From assembly GCA_049999805.1 (NCBI GenBank), contig JBNGIO010006327.1, positions 349,689 through 413,688 of the forward strand: a stretch of DNA of 64,000 nt. Direction: 5' to 3'. This DNA comes from Folioceros fuciformis (taxonomy: Eukaryota). Positions 11,155 through 23,254 of this stretch are shown here, in pieces (the stretch's first letter is position 1; every line of letters begins with the position of its first letter). Made by a program: the position numbers and the translations under genes. The notes beneath the pieces are model-generated. The model saw only the letters and a program-made list of their open reading frames with translations, ran no database searches and was not told the origin of the DNA.

Positions 11155-13720
11155 TCAGTGATCTCCAATGTGTCTCGGGCCTGTTAGTGGTCCGTGCGAG
11201 TGGTAGAGCATGCATGAGGTTAGTCTGATCTTCAGCATCTGTGGCGGTAAGTAGACTGTGGGCAAGCCAGTCACCACCAATGGAGCTATTTGATGGAGGG
11301 TGTACTTCCCCGTCTGGCGCATCTTGATCATGGCAGGTTGCAAGGCTGAGCAGGCGTCCTCACCTTGGCTTTGTGCATCGTAGAACAGGACCATGAGATG
11401 CACAGCGGCACTGTCATCCACACGCCATTGAGCCAGAACAGTGCAAGGGACTCCGGCGTTCATCAATGCTCGACTAGAGCTCAGGACATCGAGCTCGTTG
11501 AAGTCAGGGTTACGCCAACCGCGGTGTTGCAGGCGCCAAGAATTATCATGTAAGCACACCACTCCGAACCTGACAACATACTATCATCGCAGTGCAAGCT
11601 AGTCCTGACGTCTGAGCTGTGAAATCCACGAAGAAGTCGAGAACAAACACTGTCCACGCCTTCCGCTGCGCTATTGGACTCAAAAGCTTTTAGCTGAAAC
11701 AGTTGGTGCCAAAACGGTAGGGCATCTGAGGAGACCCCTGCCTCGGGTTAATGGTTCTCTTCGTTTGAGAACGCAGATTTGTCACTATCCCTCATTTCCT
11801 GGAGGTTGCCCTGTGCTGCTCGCGTCTCCTCCCTTTACCGATGGCAGGAGAAGCCAAGCGGAGAGTGCCGTGAGCAGATTCCTTGCCACCTGAGCCACGT
11901 GCTGCGATATGGATGAAGCCTTGGCTGATTTCAGTACCCTCTCCCGCACCCGAGGGTTTCTTCACCCACTCCAACAGCCTTTTTACTGTAGCATTATCAT
12001 CCAACAGCTTCACAATCTCATGGTCAGGGCTACAAAAATGGAATAGCTCACATATGGCGTCCACTTCCTTCCGACTCCCGGCAACGGACTTTCTCGGTAA
12101 GGCAAGTACCGAGGATCTCCCAAACCCTAAACGGCAAGCAAGGTCCTCCCTTGGAGTGACTCGTAGCGCAGCTGACACGAGTCGAGGAGAAGGAAAGACG
12201 GAGCGAAGGCCAATTTCGCCTCTTGGAAAAGGTAGAGGCCAGTGTCTCTGTTCCTGAGGATGCTGAAAAGCAAGTCCTGGAAGCAGCCAACCGCGGATAT
12301 TATCAAATTGCGATGCGGGTTCCAATTCTGGGTCCGAATGACCCTGCGGAAAAGTGGCCTGATGAGGAGGTCGTACAACGTCTCCAGGGCATTTCTGCAG
12401 CGGTCGCTCTCAAGCTTCCTCTCAAAACAAGCATAAGAAATTTCTCGGACGTGCTGTAGAACACTGTCCCTGTCAATCCGCTCCAGTTTGTGGCACGAGG
12501 CGACACCTTCATCCTGCACCACAATGCACAGGTCCGACATCCCTACAGCCTTGGCCAGATCCAGCAGCTCGAAACGTCCTGCGAACTGCGGACCGCCGCT
12601 ACACGCAAAGACATTATCCTCCCGGCTCCCTGCTCTCTCTCTCGATAGGAGGGGCGTGGTGAGGAGGGAATTGGAAGAACCTCGCAGAATGGAAATGCCG
12701 TTTCCATTCTGCACTGAGCGCTGTTCTCCTGCCTCTCATTCGCGGACGCGATTGTGTGCTGGGGAAGAAACGCGATTTGCAATTCGCAATACGCAATTTG
12801 GTCTCGCCTCGTCTCGTCTCGCGGTGAACATGAGCGATGCTCTTCCCGACGCATCTGTTGCGGACGACGTGTATGTGACGTTGCTCACAGAGGAGACCCC
12901 ATGAGAACGGGACGGGAGGGCGCCCACAACGGGATCTCGAGGAAAGTAGTTCACCTTCTGAGGTGGTCTCCCAAGCCGGAGATCGTAAACCGTTTTGCGT
13001 GGACTGAGATACCCATCAACGGTGCACACTTCCCGCTGCTATCATGGCGCGTTCCGACAAGTTGTTGACCGGGCGTGCGGGTCTGGAGCAGCATCTGTGG
13101 GCATGAAGGGAGACTTGAGATTTCTGAAGTGTGTATGTACTTCGATGCCGGTTCCAGTGGTCAACTTGAGGGGCGGAGCACAACATCTGGGACTCTTCAC
13201 CCGGAACACATCTGCTGATGGATGGCGGGCGAGCCCCGAGGCCTGACTACTGGCTTTAGTGTGGTGTAGTCTGGTGTGGAGTGGACTGCATATACACACC
13301 AAGGGGTAACGGACTGACTTGTATTGTATATCTAGGGAATGTAACCCACAACAGTGTTGCAGCGCGCTGCTCACCTCTGAAACACCAGAGTTCTAGGAAC
13401 TTCCGATACAACTCCCGACCCCTTCCATTTCTGACACCACGGCTGCTTTCTGCCCTCATCCCGGATTCTGTGCCGGTGCGCAATTGGTTAAAAAGTTCCT
13501 GGCCAGGATCACAAAACTTGTCAGCGGCTAGCAGGTGCGCGAAGCTCCAATAAACTTCACCCCCACGCCATTCCAGCAAACAGGATGAGATGAAGCATAC
13601 CGGCATGATAACCACACCGTAACGTAAACAGGTCTCCGGTAGGATAGCGCTGGCTGGATTCCCCAGATACGCAACCAGGGCAGTGGGGTGGGTGGTGCCT
13701 TGCTACATTGTAGCTCCTGT
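11155..13720 (-). pseudogene. Decayed CHAT-domain (caspase-like, clan CD peptidase) gene
   Basis: Ordered CHAT motifs: SEM/GRGREL, LYDLLIRPL, LIISAVG..DLLFSIL, YLFQEAKLAFAPS, GDP..LPG/SRKEVDAI, NAT, IHIAARG, IILGACNTA, SRALMNAGVPCTVLAQWRVDD..LMVLFY, VTGLP. There is an in-frame TAG at ~12127 and frameshifts at ~12078 and ~11500. Confidence 0.8.
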
Positions 13721-13889
13721 CTCCACGCCCACGTCCCAGTCCAGGTTCTTCCTTCCTGCCTACTTCCTCCTTCCTCCTGCACCTGCTTCCGGGGTTCACC
13801 CTCGTTCCTGTTTCTCCCGAGCTACTGGAACTGCGGTGACCCCACGCTCGAATTGGAGTTAGTCCTCCGTAAGCTTGCCGGTAACCAGT

Positions 13890-15619
13890 CTACTCGGAAT
13901 CAGAGTCATCATATGCTGCGCATAGCGACGCCAACGAGGTCTCTGCCACCTTCATGGCAGTGACTGCCTCACCGACGGCGGTCGAGCCTTCCGCGAGGCT
14001 GCCTTCCCCAACTTGAACCACTGTCGCATTTGAAGCCACCTTGGGTTTCACGTTGAATGCAACAGCCTTTGACCTCAGGCCAAATCCGAGAGCTGGCTTC
14101 TGACTGCTCCTACTTGGCTCACCTGCAGTAGTTCACCAAGCGCAAATGGAGCTTGATAAGTTTTACGGGATGTTATCGTCCTGACGTGTTTCAAAAAGCA
14201 CAAGGACACAACTCGAGCGGACACATACCTTGCAGATTTTGATCTGGCACGTGCTCTACTAGTGGATCCCTGGCAGAACCACTTAAACTGCTGAAAATTT
14301 TGCGCTGCAAATTCAATGAAAGCAGCGTCAGGAGTCGTACATCCTCTACGAACATGTCACGGGCTACCAGTGGCGACGACGGCTTGCTCGTGTACCTTCT
14401 TGTTCGGTGACATTCCTACAGCTTCTTCATCGCCCTCATCATCTTCAGCATCATCTTCAGCATCATCCTCATCCAACTGCTGCACATACTTGGCAGAATT
14501 CTACAGCAGCAGATTCCCGGGGAATGAGCTATATACGAGGCGAATAGAACCTGGCAACAGAAAAACATGACGAACGATAGGAAAACCTGGAACACGATGG
14601 TGCGAATCAGAGCTTCATCTTCCTCTGCTAACTCTTTGTCCTGCATGAGAAGAAGCTTTCGCTGTTAGCCATGAATCCACGCACCAGAGGAGAAATCAGA
14701 AACATACGAGCCAAACGAGCGCACCCTCTGCTGCTGTGTCTGCTTCAGAGCCTGCAGCATTTCTTCGGTACCAACACTGGCATGCCGTGCCTGCAGCACA
14801 GGAAGAAAGCTGTAATCTCCAAATCCAGGGAACATCACCACATGAGATTCAACAAGCACAAAAGGACGAATTTTCAAAAACTGGTGAATAATTCCAAACA
14901 CTTACCCTCATTGACTTCATCTCATCCAGGGCAGCAAGGATGTCCATTTCTTGCTTTGAGTCAATAGTCCGATTCTCCAGGGCTTTCATAGCATCACCCA
15001 TCTCCTCTGCATCCCTTTTCTTCTTCGCATCGTCTATAGCCTGTGCAGCCAATTGCAAGAAATCAGAGTGCCTCAAAGAGAACCCAAAACGAAAGGTTAG
15101 CGACACACTTCAATTAATCCCTGCAAGATGCTGCCATAAACCCTAAACCCTGCTCACAGCACATTCCCTACCTCGTCTGCTGCTCGCCAAGGCTCAAAAT
15201 TGCGGGTAGCACCAGCCTCCATCACATAGTCACTATTTTGCGGATCTGTCTTCATCGTCAGTTCCGCAGAGCACCGGCTGCATTTGAAATAGAATCTAAA
15301 GATCTGTATCCCCAAGTACGTCTGCCAGCCCACAACATGGCGTCACCGACGAGCTCTCACACGACATGCAACAGTTCCGTTAACCTAAATGTGAGGACAA
15401 CTGGAGAGCCGTGAAGCCTACCTCCCCAATGCAGTCCTCCTTGCGAGAATTGAACTTGGTGCCCTTGTAGATGTAGTTGCCACAAGTGTTGCATCTGATG
15501 CTCATGGGAAGCATCATTCGCACCTTAATCTGCTGATTCTTGGCCTGCCTCCGGCGTGGAATCTTGGCCGGATCAAAATCCGGCGGATAATACTTGTTGA
15601 GCACCTTGCGCTCTCCCAT
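13890..15619 (-). CDS. YJU2: Splicing factor YJU2 / CCDC94 (Cwc16 family), multi-exon
   Basis: [17 protein letters not shown]...[26 protein letters not shown] and [26 protein letters not shown]. The C-terminus reads [15 protein letters not shown]. Confidence 0.95.
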
Positions 15620-16464
15620 TTCCCCCGCACGAAGCGCACCAAATCGAAAATCTTCGACGTGCCGGAGCCCCGACTCTCTCTACCCTACTGAACGTCCAAG
15701 GGACCATGGACTAAACGGCCACTGTCCGAACGGACTATGTCCAAGGGACCGCCCCACAAGGTACATCTTGCGCCTATAGGCCACTGTAACTACCGTAGCT
15801 GATATATCCATCAGGCAAGTTCTGCCTAATGGATTATTCTTTTAGGGTAGTCCATTAGGTAGCCCTAAAATAATTTGCATAATTAAGTATGTTTAAGATA
15901 TAATTTTATAATTAGGTACGTTCTTGAATAAGTAGGTACCTACCTACCTACTTATCTCCTTCTTGATTAGAGCTCCACATCTGAATCAAATACCTATCTA
16001 CACCTAAATAGGTAGGTAGTTCTTCTATGATTCCCAACTTGGATTAGGAAGGTGCTACAATGGCACCTGTCCAGTAGACCCTTCTGAATTTTACAAATAT
16101 CAATGCTGAGGAGAAACAGCTGGAATTGGAGAAGAAGAGCTTGATGTTCGAGGAGGAGTTGGCAAGGACGGTTCCAAAGGCATTCCAAGACAGGGCAGGA
16201 GTTGGAGAAGAATGGAAGCACTTGTACCTTCACAGCTGCTAGTGCTCGGCTCCTCAGTGCTGCACCTGAAGGCTTTGTTGTCCATGGATTCTGACCCATC
16301 TGCAAATCCAAGTAAACGAGCTGGTCATCAACCCAAGTTGGATTAAACATGTGGCCTCCAAGCTACAGATTAGTGCCTCCAAGTTGCTGTTGAAGTAGCC
16401 CAAAGACGCCGTCGGCCTACAGGTAGGCCCGAGCTATCCACCTACCTGTAGATTGTAGCTTGTG

Positions 16465-16665
16465 AGCTGCAACTTGGAGTTGCAGCTTGGCGCTACACCA
16501 TGTGAGTTGCAGCTTACAAGCTGCAGAGCTCCACCGAGGAGGAGCTCGCTCCACCTTTGCAGCTGCAACTTGGAGCTGCAGCTTGGCGCTGCACCATATG
16601 AGTTGCAGCTTATGAGTTGCACAGCTCCACCGAGGAGGAGCTCGCTCCACCTTTGCAGCTGCAAC
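16465..16665. repeat. Two tandem ~96-bp units rich in TGCAGC/GAGCT, within a probable decayed transposon region (~15780-16930)
   Basis: The unit agctgcaacttggag(t/c)tgcagcttggcgct...ctccacctttgc occurs twice and appears as duplicated 32-aa peptides in several frames. Confidence 0.8.
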
Positions 16666-17073
16666 GAGCCTACCTCCCGCCATGCCAAGCTCGTGGAGGA
16701 CCGGAGCAGCCATAACATGTACACCAGTGAACGCGCCTGCAAGGAAAGCCGCGCCCGCAAGCAAAGCCGCGCTCACACGCATTACGTACCTGCCTCCATC
16801 CATTTCGGTAGAGTTCTATATGAATTTCTATAAATTTAGGTAGAGCCTCCAAAAATAAGTATGTTTTTTGGCCAGCATAAAAAATAATTATTTTCCGCCA
16901 AATGGATATATCAACTACGCTATCCAATACACTCGAAACAGGAAGACTCCGTTAGGGCTCCCTCGCGGGCGGGCCGCCAAGCTACAAGCCCTACATGAGC
17001 AGGATTCTCTAAGAAGCAAAGGCCCTAGCTTGATTTTTGTTCTTAGCCTAGGATAAGCCTACTTGGAGACATA

Positions 17074-18239
17074 GCGCCGCTTTCCATGAGGCTGAAACAA
17101 AACCAAAACTACTAAAAACAGGGCAGTCCGCTTTCGGAGGGAGGAAAGATTCCCCAATTAGTTTTGACCCTCCCAAACCCTCCTTTCCGCTTTTTGAGCC
17201 AGCATTCGGCGCCCTTATGGGCTATGAGCAGTGCCTCTCACTAGTACATCCCGTCACTTTGTAGAGTAGCCACATTGTTTTTTGTCCATTGCAAAGATTG
17301 TCACGGCGTCATGTAGCATACTGGAGGTACAGAATCAACAATGGCATTCAATCAGCCCTTTGGTTCTCGATTCCCAGCAACCTCCTCTTCAATCTCAGCA
17401 ATTTGTTTTGCCTTCCTCTCAGCAGCATCACGCTGAAAGATCTCCATTGCCTTCTGTAGTTCCACATAGACCTCCTCCTCCCTTTCCTCCATTGCCTCCA
17501 CCTCCACCAACACGAATGTCTTGGAAAAACAACAATTGCCTCGTGCTTCAAGCAACAACAATTGCCTTGGAAAAACGACGATTACCTCGTGCTTCAACGG
17601 TTTGGCAAGGTAATGAGACCTGGAGGAGGATGTCTGGTCAAGTCAAGAGCAACAACACTACAGATGTAATTGAATGTGGTTGGGGAGACTTTGATCATCT
17701 ATCTCTAACAGTGAGGATCTCCACTTGGAACAATTGTCATGAACTTTGCCCACCAATGGAGTGATTGTGGTTTGATGTAGTACATACCTACCCTTCTCTG
17801 AGGCTTCCAGTACAATCGAGTTGCTGTGCATACGAGCAGCCACATTGTGGTGAGGAGGGTGTCTTCCTCATACGCCACTCTCATGGAGGAAGAAGAACAC
17901 AAATGTGGACATTTTGTAGGCACTAAGCTCGCTTGTAGATGTAACTGCGACGCTGTGTATTGGGCGCTTGGAATTGTGACCACAACGGCCATCATAGCTG
18001 CGAGAATCGGGTGGTCTTGACGATCAACAATGATTGCATTAACAACAAAGAACTATTTCTGAGATGCTCGCGGTGGCAAAGAACTAGTTCTGAGGTGCAG
18101 CACCAGGAGCAGCGTTTCGTCCCGATGAGTGCCCTTAAAATCAGGCACTTTTTGGCCACGTACATGGTGTTATAGAACATGGAAAGTGCCCTAAAACTTA
18201 TGTATCCAAATGGATTTGGGTACACATGGAAAGCGACCC
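17074..18239 (-). mobile_element. Internally deleted PIF/Harbinger DNA transposon
   Basis: 15-bp imperfect TIRs gcgccgctttccatg (17074) and catggaaagcgaccc (18225-18239), flanked by ATA and TTA (TTA-type TSD, one mismatch). The minus-strand remnant YIKPQSLHWWAKF...VSPTTFNYICSVVALDLTR resembles the N-terminus of the Harbinger nuclease. Confidence 0.7.
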
Positions 18240-18299
18240 TTAGGATATCAGTAAAAACTGGGAGGGAGAAGGGGTTACGAGTGGTTTTACATAGCCCAA

Positions 18300-19460
18300 A
18301 GATACCCAAAAGAACTCCTTTGGCCTAAGGTCGAGGAGGCTGCCTCTCTAAACCTCAAACCAGGATTTACCAAGCTTCTCGCTCCAACGATATGGACCAG
18401 AGGCGTGCTTGACAATTCAGACTCATACCAAATCTACATGCAGGACTCTAGGCCATGAGACAAGTCACACTGGAGAACCCAACCCGGTGAAAGAAACTCC
18501 TGGCTTTGATATTTAATAAGAAGGTGGTGACCTCAAGGCCACAAGATGGCCAAAGGTCTCCAATGAAATGAGAAGGCTACACCCATTCATCAGATATGGG
18601 TATCAAAGCCCAACGGAGAGGCAACCAAGAAAATAAGGTGTTCCCCTCTTGACCTGGCTTTACGACATTTTCCGAGTCCCAGAAAGGAAGAGGAAGCAAG
18701 CTTCTTTGCTAAAATATCTATATTTGCTTTATTGGCTTCTAGAATTAGGAGAGTAAAGCCTATAGGGGAGTAAGGCCAAGGCGGCTCCCTTATTGGGTAG
18801 CTTTCCAAACAAAGGCCGCTGGCTTCAAACCCGTTCCCCAAGATGGAAGCAAGCTGGCTCGGGCCAAGATGGCCCTGGAACCTTTCTGGAAAGCTGCTTT
18901 AAAATTACTTTTTCAGACTTGGACAAAGTCGCCAAGATGCCATCAAAGCATATTATTCTTAGCCCTCCGAGCCCAAGCCCAAGTTTGTTTTGGACATAGA
19001 TATTCACCCATATTTTCATTTCATCCGCCATAAGCCCCCTTGGACAAACCTCACACTCTACCTGGTATAGCAAAACAAGTCCAAGCTTGGCTACAAGCCG
19101 GCCGCCACCGATATCCTGACCGCCTGAAAAGGGAGATCTAGTCCGCGGCGTAGACCCGTAAGATGAGCACCTTTGGTGTTATGTCCCCACACCTGGCCAA
19201 CATGACTCTCCAGGAAATGGAGACACCTTCGAGTGAGTCGTCACTGGAAACATACCCCATAAGAAAAGCAACTTCGATACTGGTTAAATATGCCGACGAC
19301 TTTCGACTTTGTGGTACTTCACGAATCCAGGAAAGTTACAGAACGGGCTTAGACATTCATTCCTAGGGAAGTGGTGCCCATGAGACTAATAAAATGGCAC
19401 CCGAATAAGACTCAGATAGTTCACGCCAGGTTTGACTCTCAATTCCTAGAGTTCTCAATC
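18300..19460 (+). pseudogene. Decayed group II intron reverse transcriptase/maturase, probably mitochondrial-derived
   Basis: RT0/RVT_N-like WPKVE..RIYQASR..AMRQVT..KETPGFD, RT3-like FVLDIDIHPYFHFIRH, RT4-like GVMSPHLANMTL and RT5 LVKYADDF. Many stops and frameshifts are present. Confidence 0.8.
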
Positions 19461-19790
19461 CATCATATCTAGAGAAAAGACCGAGTAACAACTTTCCAAA
19501 CTGCGTCTCCTTGTAAGTTTTGCCGGAGATTTCTCGAAGAAATTCGATGGGGCCCTCTAAGTCTCAGAAAGGAAAACAGCTTACTGACTCGACACCTAGT
19601 TATGGAATACCGATGTAGACAGGGATTACAGACTCATGTTTTTTTGTTGGAATAACCTCTTTGTGGACTGAAAGGGACACTGCGTTTTTCTTCATTTCGC
19701 TTCATATAGTGTCTTTAAAGAATCGTCCCCATCGGACAGAGTGTGTTAAGATTCGTTTACGGGTGTTCTAGGTGGCACAGCGTTTCGGGA

Positions 19791-20132
19791 CAATTAGGAG
19801 CTCCCGCTCTGGTCCACAATCGGGAGCTCTCGCTCTAGTCCGCAATCAGGNNNNNNNNNNNNNNNNNNNNNNNNNNNNNNNNNNNNNNNNNNNNNNNNNN
19901 NNNNNNNNNNNNNNNNNNNNNNNNNNNNNNNNNNNNNNNNNNNNNNNNNNCTAGTCCGCAAGCGGGAGCTCCCGCTCTAGTCCGCAAGCGGGAGCTCCCG
20001 CTCTAGTCCGCAAGCGGGAGCTCTCGCTCTAGTCCGCAATCAGGAGCTCCCGCTCTAGTCTGCAATTGGGAGCTCCCGCTCTGGTCTGCAATCAAGAGCT
20101 CCTGCTCTGATCCGTAATCAGGAGCTCCCGCT
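19791..20132. repeat. 26-bp minisatellite containing a 16-bp palindrome; spans an assembly gap
   Basis: Unit ctagtccgcaAGCGGGAGCTCCCGCT; about 9 visible copies surround a 100-N gap. Confidence 0.9.
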
Positions 20133-20556
20133 CCCGATTCTGGAACTCCCGGGTGTTCCAGAGGGTGCCTCATCCTAATCTTACCTAGCCAAACAGGCGA
20201 TGGCTAGCCAAGAACACATGGATGGGGGTGAAATGAGGAGACTAAACAAAGGAAGCGTAAAGCCGCCGAAACAAGTCTATAAGCGAACCGAAGGAGTTTG
20301 CCGACTTCCTCCAAGGAAGAATCAAGCAAAGTAAAGAAGGCTCATTTTTAGAGGTAAGAAAGACTACTTACTGAAATCTGAGGCTCCATAAGTGGTAGCC
20401 AAACCCCTAAGAAGNNNNNNNNNNNNNNNNNNNNNNNNNNNNNNNNNNNNNNNNNNNNNNNNNNNNNNNNNNNNNNNNNNNNNNNNNNNNNNNNNNNNNN
20501 NNNNNNNNNNNNNNTGCCATTTTTAAAACACGCGGGAAGACATAAAACCCTGAGAA

Positions 20557-20630
20557 AAGCCATATGAGGCGGAAGCCTCACGTACGGTTTTGAAGCCGAG
20601 ACGTGCTAGCAATGGGGCGGCTTAGGGATC
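20557..20630 (+). other. Group II intron domains V-VI (3' end of a nad5i1455-type intron) in a NUMT
   Basis: aagccatatgaggcggaagcctcacgtacggttt fits the domain V consensus (AGC triad, stem, AC bulge, GTACGGTT) and directly precedes the nad5 mini-exon. Confidence 0.85.
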
Positions 20631-20652
20631 GATATGATGATTGGCTTAGGTA
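20631..20652 (+). pseudogene. nad5: 22-nt mitochondrial nad5 mini-exon (DMMIGLG) in a nuclear insertion
   Basis: gatatgatgattggcttaggta matches the well-known 22-nt nad5 exon (as recalled) except at one synonymous site. Confidence 0.85.
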
Positions 20653-21476
20653 GGGCAAAACCCAACAAAGGGTGCGCCCCCCGCCCGTTGGGAGTCAAAG
20701 GATCCATAGTACCTACCTACCGGGAGCTTGTAAAAGGAAAGCGCCGACTGGCCAAAGGAAAGGGATCTATGCGTCTACGAAACGCAGATTTTACTCAGCA
20801 CAACCTAGCAATATCCAATACCCATTTCTTAGTGAATGGGCTGACACCGAGCAGCACAGATTGGAAGCGTTGCTAGGTCTTTGGTTTTCTAGTTACCAAA
20901 AATCAGAAAGGATGGACACTAATCTGACAGGCTTCCAGCTATTATCGCGAGATGGGAAATAGCCTATCGCTCACACCATCAGCCTAGACCAAACTGCAAG
21001 ACAATTATAGTTGCATCCCTAATGACCACTCATGGATTTTCGCAGCGCCGTTACCAGCAGAAAGGAAAGGGGGGGAAGGGAGAAGTGTACATACTCAAAC
21101 GGGTGAAGAAGGAGAAACAGCCGCTAAGATTCTCTTTCAAGACAGACTCCTACCTTCCTTACCTGATTTTCTTTGACAGAAAATCCTGAGAAAATACAAG
21201 CGGGTTCTCATACAACATCCCCCACCCTAATCCTAAGTCGGGGCTTAAACCGCCACCTTTGTTTTGGAGTAAAATGAAACGACACACATACAACTAAATA
21301 CGAATCGAAATACATTATTGCAGCGTAATAATTCTTATCCTTCCAATTTACTACCTTTGAGAGAAGCCTCCAGCCTAACAATGAGCGGCCGCAAACGCCG
21401 CCCACGGCTTTCTCTCTTTACAGGAAAAGGCCTACCCTATCGAAGCAAATAAAAAAGGGAACTTAGTCAAATAACC

Positions 21477-21650
21477 ATGAGACTTTCCTATTTGAGCATG
21501 GCTTCAGTCTTTGGTGCCATGGTAATATGTGCTAAAAATCCAATCCATTTTGTTTTCTTTTCAATATTTATTTTTTGCCATATTTCTAGAACAATCATAC
21601 TTGTTTGGTTAGGTTTCCACTTTTCTGCTATGATTTCTTTAGTGGTTTAT
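21477..21650 (+). pseudogene. nad6: 5' fragment of mitochondrial nad6 (NUMT), degraded
   Basis: MVICAKNPIHFVFFSIFIF...GFHFSAMISLVVY vs nad6 MVVRAKNPVHSVLF...GLDFFAMIFLVVY; similarity stops after VVY. Confidence 0.8.
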
Positions 21651-22533
21651 CCTAGCCTTTGGGAGTCGTGGAATCGCAGACTGCTAATGAGCGAGGCGCA
21701 AGACGTAAAGAGGAGCTCTCAATTTCTTGGCCTGGTTTCACGCACCCGCTAGTAGGACGAAGCTTTCCATAGTGACCATGAACAGCTCCACTAGGTTGAA
21801 CCAGTGTAACACCAATAAATTAGGGATTTAAAACAAAAGGAAAGAAAGGCGAAGTTTTGATATCCATGTGGAGACTTTATTTCAAAATATATCAAAGATC
21901 CTAAAGGGAGGAGGGTGTGATTTATTGTGATAAGGGAGGAGTGAATTCTTTGTCTAGACGTTGTTGTAGCGCCTATGGAATTCCAATACAGATATCATCG
22001 TATAGTATATGGTCTTGTATTTTAGACCTAATGGGCATGACTGTATCAGTAGTGGGCCGCCGTAGAGTCCCGATCCGGCCATCCCTATCCAACCATCACA
22101 TGATAGACGAGACTTTTTTTTTTTCTCTCTCACTTACCGCAAAGAACATGACATTTCTTCCCTCACAACAGTACATTTCTTCCCTCACACTAGATCTCAT
22201 TATAGTTTTCAGGATTCTAGGGCACAATCTGATGCAAACCAAGTCAACATGCTCTTTGCCTCCTCCTTCTCTTAAACCTAGGGCATTCTCCCTCGAGAAA
22301 AGGGTCGTGGCCAGCCATATCTATCTCGTTTTGTTAGGATTGAAGGTTGTGATTGAGTTGCGGGCGGTTGTTTCCCTTCACTAGACATTATAGTCATGTG
22401 ACCTTGGAAATGAATAAAATGTGTATACCTTTGGTTCACGTAATGGCATCCAAATCCCAAACGAAATAGGGTTCAATTGATCAACTCCATAGAGTTTGTG
22501 GGAGGTAGTTGTTGTGTAGGTACCCGATGACAC

Positions 22534-23254
22534 CTAGAGGGATGTAGTAACTATAGGGATCGTAGCAACGGGGCGCGGACATTGGACCGTAGCGACTTTC
22601 GCGCCCCGCAACCTGGTGCACCGCGGCTGGCGCCCCGCGCTGGGGCAAACTCCCCACGCTGCGGGGTGGTGCGGCGGCGCCCTCCCAGGAGCCCTGCGCT
22701 GCCCCTGCCGCGGCCTAGCGCCCCGCGCTGGGGTAGACTCCCCACACTGCAGGGTGGTGCGGCGGCGTCCTCCCAGGAGCCCCGTGCTGCCCATGTCGCA
22801 GCCTGAGCACGGTGGGGCTGGAAACCACTACACCCCAGGCAGCAGAGTGGCCTCAGTCGGCCCTTGAGATGCTGCCTTCACTCACTCTAGTGCCTTCCTC
22901 ACAACCTTGCACATCTTGTTTACAGTACGTAGAGCCATCACCCTCTTACTCCACAATCCTAGCTCTGATACCAGTTGAAGGATCGCTAGGGGGGCCACAT
23001 GATGAAGGAGGAGGGGAGCCACATGATGAAGGAGGAGAGAAGAAAGCAAGGTCTCTCACACACTTTCTATTCCAAGGGAGCTCAAGAGGGTATTTATACC
23101 CTCTAGAAGAGCTCACAAGGAAGCTTCACAAGAAGCTGCGCAAGAAGTTTCCTAAAGATTAGTTTAAGCTAATCTAAACAAATGATACTTAACTAGACAC
23201 TAATCTTAGGCTAAACACATTAGTCTGAGCACATTGGGCTTTAATAACCCTATA
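22534..23254 (-). mobile_element. 5' LTR (22976-23254), tRNA-Met PBS and truncated leader of an LTR retrotransposon
   Basis: gctctgatacca (22962-22973) is the reverse complement of PBS TGGTATCAGAGC, 2 nt from the LTR. The LTR is near-identical to 25987-26278. The GC-rich leader holds a duplicated ~88-bp unit (22631-22792). Confidence 0.85.

Noticed and set aside
16417-16833. Overlapping repetitive ORFs on both strands
   Set aside because: They are a by-product of the 96-bp tandem repeat, with no evidence for a protein.
19791-20132. CRISPR-like array of palindromic repeats
   Set aside because: The units are head-to-tail with no unique spacers, there are no cas genes and the context is eukaryotic. 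It is a minisatellite.
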